A DNA stretch of 58,574 nucleotides, counting the filler, from Sphacelaria rigidula (Eukaryota): assembly GCA_964200075.2 (NCBI GenBank). It is 10 parts of 10 records of this genome, joined end to end, with 100 filler letters (N's around TTAATTAATTAA, not from the genome) between each part and the next. Parts side by side here need not be neighbours in the genome. Positions count along the whole stretch, not along the records: positions 46,942 to 52,708 come from CAXNAA020024616.1; positions 52,809 to 58,574 come from CAXNAA020024617.1; 8 more parts are not named here. One strand, written 5' to 3'. The notes below the pieces were generated by a model that worked only from the letters and a program-made list of their open reading frames with translations, was not told the DNA's origin and ran no database searches. Position 1 is the first letter of the stretch; each line of letters begins with the position of its first letter. The position numbers and the translations under genes are program-made. Below are positions 48,720 through 58,574 of this stretch, in pieces.

Positions 48720-51700
48720 TGATAGCTTAGACCTCCCGACAAGGAACGCAGTTGAGAAATGTCCTGTGGCATGGGCATATCGGAGAGTGCGGCGACCTTG
48801 TCGAGGTTTGGGCTACGACCTTCGGGGGTGATGCAATGACCCAAGAACTCAATCTTCGTGGCGCCAATGCGGGATTTAGAGGGTGCGAGTTTCAAGTTGT
48901 GTTGTTCAAACCGATTGAAGAATGATGCCAACTGTTCGACGTGTTCAGCCGGTGTGGAGTCGTGGCACACGTCTCATCAAGGTACATATGGCATTTGGGC
49001 AATCCATCAGTTACACGGAACATCACACGTTGAAACGCACCTGGAGCTCCGGCGGCACCTAGTGGTGTAACCAACCACTCGTACAAACCTGATGGCGTGA
49101 AAAACGCTGTCAGTTCAATGGAATTTGGATCCATCACGAGCTGGCGGTAGCCGGAGTGCATGTCAAAGTTCAAATATACTTTACCCCCGCCGAGAGAGTC
49201 AATAATTTCATCAATCCGTGAAAGTGGCAGCCGGGCGATTTTGGTGACAACGTTCAATCGTTGATGATTGGCCGTCAGTCTGATTATGCCATTCTTCTTA
49301 CGGATGACTACTGAAGGCGAGGCCCACGGAGACGTCGAGTGCCGAATTTAACCGGCGGATGAGTAACCATCGAGAATTACCTGGATCTTATCCGCTAAGA
49401 GGGGGTTCGTGCGGTACGGACGCATAGCGATAGGCGGAGTGCCATCAGGTATCATGATCTTAAACGGTGTCGTAGTACATCGACCTAAATCCAAGGGTGC
49501 AGTAGAAAACCGTTCAGAGTATCTAATCAAGATGGATCTCAATCTATCGATTACAGTGGGTATCCAACCATCGCCAGATAGATAAAAAATAATATGCCGT
49601 AAATGAGGGGGAATGTCATCCCACAACGTTTGAAAACTGGCGCGTTGTTCTGGAGAAAGTCTATCCAGTAATGCAGTTCGGGGTTGAGGGTCAGGCGCAT
49701 CCGGTGGGTTTGTCACCTCCATGGGGTCAGGCATGTGTAGCGGAGGGGGGCCCGTGGATTTCGGGGGGTCGGTCGGTGAGTTGTTGTTCGCTGGGGGGCA
49801 CAGATCTGACAGGGCGGTTCGTATGAAAGGCGCTTGAGCATAACCCAACAACTGACCAATGAGTATATCGAAACATGCAGGGGACGTGAGGTAAATGGCC
49901 TGCCTACCTTCGTGGACAAAGACTTCGGTTTGTTCAAACGGACCAACCTGTGCTTGGTCATGTTTGAGCAACTCGACCAAATAATGTCCTGTGAGGGCGG
50001 GCGATCCATTGCGTTTCACGAGGTTCACTTGAATTAGTTGGGGTTCACGAGAAAGCGAGACTACAGGGTCACCAACGGTACAGACGGAAAGCATTACCTG
50101 TTTGCGTGGGGTCATCCTCATAAGCATGAGCTCCCTAATCAGTGTCGAAGTGACCCAGTGACAGTTTGCCTGTGACGGACGGTCCGGGACAGGTGTGTCC
50201 GTCGGATACGTGTGTGTGTAAAAAACAAGCCAACTATCTCGACCCAACAAAACATCAAAATACATGGAACCGTCGGGCACAATTAGTGCCCATACGGACA
50301 ACCGAGCAGTGGGAATAGTATCCTGGTAGAGTTGTACACTTAGTCTCACCGATTGATTGGCCGTAAGACATGTGGAGGAACCAAAGCCACCGAAAACAAG
50401 GGGGTGCACGGTGGACAAACAATGCTCGTCCACCGCGCCCGCGTTGATCGTCGGGTGCCAGCAGCTGACTGTGATGAAAATTTGAGGCGAACCAGAGTCT
50501 GGTAGTGCAAGAGCTATCAAATGACAATTTGCACGCTCTCCACTTTGTAAACGTTTTTTGGACGTAAAAGAAGCATCATCCATAGTTACAGTACCACTGA
50601 CGAGATCTAGCCCGAATTCGGGTAAGACATCTGACACATGCTGATTTGCGTTTTGAATGAAGGTGTAAAAATACACCCATTTATGATCCTGTGGGACCAG
50701 CTTTTGGTCGGAAGGATGGTACGTGCAGCGAGTGTCAGTGCTTGTGCCTGAAATATTTGTCTCATCAGTCGAGGGTTGAATCTTATATACTGCAACGGAG
50801 GGGCGACGCCGGGGAAGGGCAGTTATCGTGGTTGGACCCGACAACTGATCTGTGCGTCGTGTGTCACCCTTATTGGCCAACAGAGGGGGCGAATTTCATT
50901 GTGCAAAGCGGGATCAATTACATTATCCAGCTTGGTCGGAACAGGGGACGATTCATCGGGGCGCGGTGTTGGGTTTGATACACTAATCAACTCAATACCA
51001 TCACTAGTTAGGGCCAACATGGAAGGTTTTGAAGACGATTCGTCACGACGTGTGGTTGGTAAAGCTGTACTGTTCAACCCGGCGTCTATTAAAGGGGCCA
51101 ACGTGGGCGAGTTAGGAGACGAGTCGTCTTGCGTAACACTTTGTTTGCCTGGTGACGAACACACGAATGAGGTGCCTTCATGACTAGGATGCGAACGTCC
51201 ATGAGTCGGCGAAGTCTCTGTCCCTACAGGCGGCAACGCTTCATCGGAAATGGGTTCAAACGGAGTGCACGCGGGGTGGTCAGGGAGCAGTAACGATCTG
51301 TTCGAAATCTGGGGAGTACCGGCCTGTTCCACTCTAAGGTTTTCACCTGTTTGAGCCCACACGCAATCTCCTCCTTGGAGTTCACGTGCGCTTGCTACAT
51401 CAGGGTTATGTACATGATCATCTGGAGAAGCCCGCCTAGGGTGACGCGTGTAGCGCACGAAAGGGTCGGCGTCTCCAGGAGCTATTGAAATGAGTTCTCG
51501 GACAGTCCAACCTAGGTCACGCTCTTGGCGCACCACCTGAGTCGCTGTCACTTGGGGTGCCATTCCAACCCGCTGAGCGACGGAAAGCATGGGTTCTTTG
51601 CGGTTGCGACCCTTCAAGGAATAAATACGGCCATCAAATAAAAGGGAACCGGGTACCGTAGTATTTGCGGAACTCGGTAGGGTGGTTAGCCGGGCACTTG

Positions 51701-52142
51701 AGTAGTTGGGAGGTGCTTGAGTGTGTGGCTTTGAATTTTGTGTTCTCCGATCAACGGTCGAAGCAGCAGTGTCCATCGTACCGGAAGATATTTTGGCTCC
51801 TGATGCGTGAGAAACTGCACTACATGACTTCCTCTCCTTCGAAGGGAGGGGATTCGATTGAATATGATTAGTACCTGGTGAATGTAAAACTGGGTGATCA
51901 ACTCCAGGATTGAAACGTTGGGTTTGGTCACTGCTCAATTGATAGCCATGCAACGGTGCACGTGCTTCGACAGTCTTGGAACCCTCCAAGGCAGTGTTCG
52001 CATAACCAGGAAACCCACACCACATGGTTGAACCCACGGTGGCCACCGCTGATTCGTGCGTGTGATGTGTGTGACCTGGCCGAGCGAAAAACAAATGTTG
52101 ACATAAAATTCTTGGAAACTTCTGCGGTGAATTACCGGTCAT
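48720..52142 (-). mobile_element. Degenerate Ty3/gypsy gag-pol fragment (protease and reverse transcriptase), truncated after RT
   Basis: Protease-like ALALPDSGSPQIFI and FDVLLGRD. RT motifs PYRTNP, SPWASP, PLSRIDEIIDSLGG, DMHSGYRQ, TAFFTPSGLYEWLVTPLG..GAPGAFQRVM, YLD, KIEFLGH. In-frame stop at 49348 and a frameshift near 48975. Confidence 0.93.
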
Positions 52143-52866
52143 TGTTTAATTTTTTTATTGTGGGATGGCACCGACTGATGAGAAATGAACTACAGAAGTA
52201 GAAAATAAACAGGCATGCGGTGGCGCTTAGGTTTTGGGCTAAGCAACGCGTCCTGGGTCACCCCACTGAATGGTAGTTTAATCTCCGGAACTTGTAGAAC
52301 GTTTCCAAAAGGTTGTCAAGTTGTGAGGTGAGCATCAGTGTTGTGTGGGTACCGCCCTGGCGGGGTTCAGCCGCGGCACTAGGTCCACCCATGTGAAACA
52401 TCGCCCGTTTTGTGAATGGGCCGGTGCATGCGATTGAAAGTATGCCAGGTCAGGTGGATCAGGCGATGAATCAGTTGTCGCTTCTGGGGCGGAGCAGGCG
52501 ACCGTACGAACGCAGTTGTGATTACCAGACTTGCCAACATGGTCCAAAATGACGCGAAGCTTTCGAGAGTCTTTTTGTCAACAGCTTATATTCTTTCTCC
52601 GCAATTTCCAGAGCCTTCGTGGATTCGCGGATGGCGCGTTCTAGTTCATTCTGTTCCGTTGGCTTCTTCTCGGGGTGGACATCTACATTATGGGAGGCCT
52701 GAGCGCGCNNNNNNNNNNNNNNNNNNNNNNNNNNNNNNNNNNNNNNNNNNNNTTAATTAATTAANNNNNNNNNNNNNNNNNNNNNNNNNNNNNNNNNNNN
52801 NNNNNNNNCACCCTCTGCGCGGCCCGCAGCGAAGCGGGCGTGGGTGCGGGGGGGATGTCGTGGGTG

Positions 52867-52899
<33 letters not shown>

Positions 52900-53034
52900 G
52901 GGGGGGGGGGGAGTCTGTCCGCAGAGCAGCCGCAAAGCTCACCAAGTCAACCATGTGTGTTTGGATGTTTCCCGCGAACGATTATAAGCCAGGAACGAGG
53001 CCCGAGGGGTCCGCAATGACCATTCCGGCCAATT

Positions 53035-53390
53035 GTGTGTGTTGTGCGTCGTCGTCCCATTCAGTTTGGACGCTAGTCTTCACCTCTCGGTATGTGTGGG
53101 CGCACCAGCAAGGGTCTCACAGGAGGAACGTCAACACAGGAACTGTTTCTTTTTCCTCGTTGTTGTAGTACCCGACCTTTCTCTTGCGGTGCTTGCCCTC
53201 GTTTTTGTCGCGGGAGGGGTTTAGCAATCCCTTTCTCTCGTCGACCGTCAAGTCGATTATTTGTACTCACAACGTAGTCGCTCTGCACGATTGGATACTG
53301 TGTCAGAAGAAATCCCACATCGCTCCGAGAATTGAACCACAACCCAACCGTCAGGAGGTTTCGAGGTTATCGACTGAGCTACCGGGGCGA
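53035..53390 (-). mobile_element. Full-length tRNA-derived SINE with 10-bp TSD
   Basis: Minus-strand head GCCCCGGTAGCTCAGTCGAT...GGTTCAATTC and a short (CA)n tail. CCGGCCAATT lies at 53025-53034 and 53391-53400. Confidence 0.88.
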
Positions 53391-54926
53391 CCGGCCAATT
53401 ACGGCCGTAGGAAATGGGCACGTAGTCCCCCTACAAATTGACTTCTTCGCTGTCTACCGGTATTTCTTATTTTCGTCTCGCCAACTCATCCGTAGATTAC
53501 ATGGGTACAAATAACTTGTTTTGTACTCTGCTCGAGGTCTGTGCCGCCTGTTTGACGTCTCATGTGTTGCCAGCATAGCTTCACACCGCCAAGAGTAGAT
53601 GTGAATCTCGCTCAGGCGCGATATTAGGAGTTGAACGCTGAAATTTGGACAGCAGCTTTCAATGATCAAAATGCAGAAGATCACGTCAGCAGCAAAATAA
53701 AATAATAAAAACGAAGAAAAAAAGTGATGGGCATTTGAAATCACGTCAAGTATCAGTTTCTTAAGTGCAGAACGTCTTTGTGAAATTTCAGCTCAAGAGT
53801 CGTCGAATTGGGCCGTGCGTTCAAAATTTTCCGTGATGCTCCTGCACCTCTATCAATCAAGTTATGGGAGACTCCAATTATGGAGGTCATGAGTTCGAAT
53901 CCCGACATTTTTCATCCGTCGTTGAGGTCATACATTATGCACTACTTTCTTCTTCATTCAGCGGCGGTGCCGTGTGTCACCAGGTTGGTCTACACTTGAC
54001 AGTGATATGCTTGCATCGGGTTCATTCGGGAAACTGGGAAAGCTGTGGTGTGAGCAAGTTCTTGCCGCTTTTAAGCTGGCCCAGCTCGTATAATAGTGTT
54101 ATTGAACACTAGACAAAGGTATCAGCAGCATGCAGTAGATTGTGCCCAGTGGAGAGCGATGATACGCTGACTGTTTTTTGCCGTTGTATCCAGCGGAGAC
54201 ATAATGCACACAAACTGACTATGTACCCTTTTGACTGCAAGATCAAAACCGGTCCGGATTCCTCTTCAACTATGTTCCATGTATATGCCCAGCATCCACC
54301 TGATGATGAAAAAAAGCATTTTATGCAGCGAGAAGAGAGCTATTGATGTGGCATAAGCCATCTCAGTCCACCTGAGAGGGGGTCCCTGTTTAAGGGTGAA
54401 GTTAACCCTTGGACAGCGATCGTCGCCTCGGAACAGTTTCACAGGCAGACAGTCTAGGGACATGCGAGGGTTTCCAGGGGGCGGGAAGGTGTTTTTTCAT
54501 AGGGGCGTGGGAGCCTGTTGGCAAAATGTTGGTTCTATTCTATGACATGCAGGCGGTGTTTTTGAAGGTTGGGCGTGAAGAAAGTCCGCACTTCGCTTGT
54601 GATGGCGCCGAAACTTAAAGTATATGTTGATAGATACGGTCTGCATTGAAACGGTGGATACCAGGCTCACCAGTATTTGTTTTATCCAACACCTCCTGTC
54701 TACTGAGGATAACACTGGCTACGGCATCGGTAGGGCTCGCAGGTTGGAACGGATTCTGACGGCATCATTGTCGATCTTCGTGCAGTTAAGGATGAACGCC
54801 CGCAGAAACCCAGCAAAAAAATAGGATCTAGGCTCCCTCATATATACGAGGATCGGGGGCTGAAGGTTCCCGGTCCAAAAAGCTCGACAGGTCAAGGTCG
54901 AGCTTCTCTCGCGCGACCACTGTGTT

Positions 54927-55532
54927 TGTTGGAATAGCTCGTGTTGAGAGGCACTGTCAAGACAGGCCAACCACTTATTCAGCGAATAGTGGTCTTGGCA
55001 GAGGATGCACCAGTGATCGTCAGATCACTTGCTTCTGCAGCACAGATAAACTCGTTGAAACAAATGGTTGTGGGGCTCTTCATCCGGCCAAGGCAAAACA
55101 GAATGCACAGTTTCTTCAGCAAGCAGGAACTGGAGGTAATGGAGGAGAGTGAGAGTATGGGCGATCGGATGACCGAGTCCATGCTCATCAATTCCTGGAA
55201 CAAAAACAAATCGCTATACGTACGTAGCAAAAAGGCTTCCATGTCACGTGCGTGGCGTGGCACAACACAACAGGATACACTGCAAGTTGTGCTACCCACC
55301 TACTTCTACAGTATACTATTGTATAACAATTCCTGGCAGCACACTGTCATTCTCAAAGCTTTACGTGGCAACAAGATACTATCTACTGTAACGGCAATAA
55401 ACTGTAAATACGCCGTTTGGCGTGAGCGGGTTCAACCGTAACTAATTACGCCGCTATTTGCTGCAGAGTTTGAACTTATAGATACAACAAGCAGCTGAGG
55501 TACAGGCTGCGTAGAATTCCAACATCCCCTCA
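54927..55532 (-). mobile_element. 3' LTR (54927-55524, 598 bp) and PPT of Ty1/copia element
   Basis: Perfect 9-bp inverted termini TGTTGGAAT...ATTCCAACA. The minus strand reads GAGGGGA|TGTTGG at the internal junction. Confidence 0.88.
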
Positions 55533-56131
55533 GGAGTTCAAAGTAGTGGAAAATCTACTTTCAATCACACTGAAAATCAGGTACACAAATAGGAGAAATG
55601 GCAAGGTACATCTTACTGATGTCTAGGCATCAGTCTGCATGCAAAACTGCATATTTACCTCGTAAACAGACGCCGGTATAAAACTCGCTACACATTCCAT
55701 TTCGTCTCGAAACATACACATGTTGGTTCACTGCACAGGCATCAGCCCTTTTGAGCCTGCAGTAATATAAGGAACGATCTCTTGAGATACGTCTCGGCTT
55801 ATTCGTAGAGACATAAAAAAATAGGGCGAAAAAGAGTCAGTGTGGAAGAATTTATCCATCAGTATTAAGAAACAAATACGGTAAGGTGAAGCTCACCAGA
55901 TTTACTCCGCACAACAAACATGGAAACTTCCGTTCCACAAAGATCATTCTTCGAGTTGATACTTCGCATAGGAGAATCAATTCCGTATCCTATGCAAGTA
56001 CTGTACACATGCCGAAGTACGTACGGCACTTATTCTACCAATCTGTTTGAACGAGGTGCCTTCCTGTACACAAGAAAAAACGTGAATTTCACATGTACCA
56101 ACTCCTGACCCAACAGCACTCGTATGTTAGT

Positions 56132-56970
56132 TCAAATTTCGATCGATACATCCAAGTCTCTTCCGTATTTGAAGGGTCTCGTCGGTACTGATGACGACGC
56201 CCCTACCTTGGCTAGTCGAAAGGTTAGAAGGTCATGAACCCTCTTCGAAAAGAGGACATTAAAATCGTCTGGTGTCTCATTAATCCAACCTTTTATGAAA
56301 AAGTCTAGTACTCCAAAATTCAAGAAAAAACAAATGTCTGCTGTAAAGTAGAGCTGCTTGAGGGAACGTAGTAAGTCGAATATGGTGGGATATTCACTTT
56401 TTCGAAAAAACCGAAGCGTCTTAGATCTGCTGCCATTTTCCTCCTCGCCGTCCAGCTTTGTCCTGGTACTCCGACGTGTTGTAAGTATCTTCTTCGGCAA
56501 CCCCAGTCGATAGTGGATCCTTGTACGATGTATGGTAGCTGAGCTGGTTGGTTCCCGAGGCGGTCACTAGCGCGTGGAGTAACACCGGTAGATTGTTGTA
56601 CGGGTGCATTTCCGAGGCGCGCTCTGGCGCGAGGAGTAACGCCGGTGGATTGAGTGTTATTACGGCATGCGTTCCTGCGCGAATTACGGTTAGCGCCTGT
56701 GCGGGAGTCATCAGTGTTGTTAATGCGGGCGATACGTGTGTTACGGGCGTTGCGGTTTCCACTCGTGCTTGGTAGTGGTTTGTGAAGGGTCGGTTTGTAG
56801 ATGGGGATGAAGTGATGTATTGTCGGAAGGTGGATGGTGAGCTGTGATGTGGTGGGGGCGATGGGTCGTCCGGCTTTGGCTTCCTGACGAAAAGGACGTG
56901 TGTAAGTTGATAAGTCACCCTTGACGATGACGTACAGCAGTCGCTTCCGTAAGTACGTATTACTTTCCAA
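56132..56970 (-). CDS. Putative extra ORF between copia pol and the 3' LTR (216-aa frame plus overlapping 122-aa frame)
   Basis: Open frame 56320-56970 has an internal 15-codon duplication differing mainly at synonymous sites. No recognised domain and no early ATG. Confidence 0.45.
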
Positions 56971-57232
56971 AATTCATGACTGCGTCCAGAAGTCGGTGGT
57001 GGGTTGTCCTCTCGCAATGTTTGGTGAGTATATCAGCCAGTTGCGCGATAGTTCTGATGTAGTTGATCGTAATCTTGCCGTTGGTGATGAGGTCCTTCAA
57101 GCTAAAAAAACGAATCGCGAGATGTTTACTTTCGTTTCGGTAGTTCGCATTTGAAGAAAGATGGAGAGCTCCTTGGGAATCGGAGAAGATGATTGGAGGC
57201 CGAATAGACGACCACCCGAGCTCTCGCAGCAA
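56960..57232 (-). mobile_element. Ty1/copia RNase H C-terminal segment
   Basis: IFSDSQGAL...SKHLAIRFFSLKD...I.INYIRT..QLADILTK is the typical copia RNase H end. Confidence 0.93.
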
Positions 57233-57313
57233 ATTAAAAAGGTAGGAACCGGACTTTCCTCCTCTCGCCAGGGCTATGAGTTTGTCCTCTGTAGTAGACG
57301 TAACTGTTATCCG

Positions 57314-58100
57314 TTATCCGTTATCATGATCAATTTGGTCTTCGACTTGTTGGTCCTGTTGGTCCTGATGAAGGTGTTGCATGTTGATATTTTCCCCCGA
57401 AGCAGTTGGAGTGGAGTCCGTCCGCAGGTTTGTTGCTCCGTCTGCTTGTTCGATGAAGGTAACATTTCTGGAACTGTAGATTTTTCCGGAATACCTATCG
57501 TAAATCCGATACGTAGGACTATCATCATCATGTCCAATCAGTACTCCTTCCCAAGCTGTATCCTTCAGCTTGTTGATGTGCCCCTTCTTGTGCACGAACG
57601 CTCGTGATCCTATGATGCGTAGAAATGCTAGATTCGCCTGTTTACCAAACATCCTGTAGTACGGAGTTTCTCCGTTGATGCTCCGATGTTGTAGACGATT
57701 ACTCAAAAATACTGAAGTGGCAGCTATTTCCCCCCAAAGAAATCTGGGTAATCCCGCCTCGTTCAGAAAGCAACGAGGAAATTTAAAATGTGTTCTCCCA
57801 TTCCTCTCACTCATGCCGTTTTGCTGAGGTGAATGTGGGGAACTGAATTCCTGAAGGATGCCCGTCGTCTTGCAATACCGACGAAAGTAGTCTGCAATGT
57901 TTTCATCCCCACGATCTGACCGTAGACGGTGTACCCCAAGTCCTAAGGGAATCGCCAGGTCTTGGATGTACTTGACGAGTGTAGAGAGCGCCTCACTTTT
58001 TGCCTTGATGAAGTATACAACTTTTGGTCGACTGTATTGGTCGGTGAACTTCGCCATGCACTTGTAACCACCTAATGCAGTCGGTGAGAATGGACCCGAG
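57314..58100 (-). mobile_element. Ty1/copia integrase core and downstream SH3-like region
   Basis: GPFSPTALGGYKCMAKFTD, LRSDRGDE, SPQQNGMSER, LPRFLWGE, TPYYRMFGK, LRIIGSRAFVH, GVLIGHD...YRIYD...SSRNVTFIE. Confidence 0.95.
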
Positions 58101-58235
58101 AGGTCGTCTACCCCATAGTAGCATCAACGGAGAAACACCGTACTACAGGTTGTTAGGAAAACAGGCGAAATTGTCGTTTCTGCGCACCATAGGTTGTCGT
58201 GCGTTCGTACACAAGGAAGGACACCTCAACAAACA
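58101..58235 (+). mobile_element. Inverted fragment of a related copia integrase
   Basis: RLPHSSINGETPYYRLLGKQAKLSFLRTIGCRAFVHKEGHLNK aligns with minus-strand RLQHRSINGETPYYRMFGKQANLAFLRIIGSRAFVHKKGHINK at about 57570-57700. Confidence 0.88.
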
Positions 58236-58299
58236 ATGGAAGTACACTCTCGTATCCTACGAGCTTACGTGGCCAGATCTACAGGATATATATATATAT

Positions 58300-58450
58300 A
58301 ACTCAAGGATACATACAAAAAAAGTACCTGTACCCTGGATATCCCGCGCTACTTGAACCGTGACTAGTTGTCCCGCTAAGTTGCTACGAGAGTAAAAACT
58401 CACACAATACAAGCAGCTAGGCTGTACAGATTTCCAACACACTCCCCCTT
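58300..58450 (-). mobile_element. PPT and start of another copia-type 3' LTR (truncated)
   Basis: Minus strand AAGGGGGAGTG|TGTTGGAAATCTGTACAGCC, with the LTR starting at 58439. Similar to 47101-47272 and to the LTR start at 55524. Confidence 0.75.
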
Positions 58451-58574
58451 GAGTTGTACGTCGGTTAGCAATTCAGTCCTCAATCAAATTGTAGACTAGA
58501 CAAAATGTAGCTATATATATATATATATATATTGCGATGCGCTGATGTATAAAAGGTCAGCTGTGGAGTGCAAT

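Noticed and set aside
54400..54920. piggyBac end (TTAACCCTT) and protein-like minus-strand peptide
   Set aside because: No partner terminus, and the frames contain stops with no recognisable motif.

Overview
This is eukaryotic DNA, not one locus. The window is ten unrelated contigs of near-identical length (5,768, 5,767 or 5,766 bp, in descending order), joined by an artificial 100-nt spacer (N44-TTAATTAATTAA-N44). Adjacency across spacers therefore has no biological meaning. Short exons, long introns and the retroelement repertoire suggest a brown alga or related stramenopile, but that is inference only. Host genes: three exons of a P1B-type (CPC / DKTGT / SEHP) heavy-metal ATPase; six exons of a calpain-like gene in which all three catalytic residues appear substituted; and exons of an unidentified gene. 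The rest is mostly mobile DNA: Ty1/copia and Ty3/gypsy fragments with LTR, PBS and PPT signals; an intron-containing hAT transposase remnant; hAT-, Tc1/mariner- and piggyBac-type MITEs; long-TIR foldback elements; a tRNA-derived SINE family; LINE-like 3' ends; and two minisatellites. The best leads are (1) an LTR-retrotransposon ORF ending in a chromo-like plus Tudor-like pair, (2) an extra ORF downstream of copia pol with a synonymous-substitution signature, and (3) the triad-dead calpain with two predicted GC-AG introns. No CRISPR array or prokaryotic system is supported.
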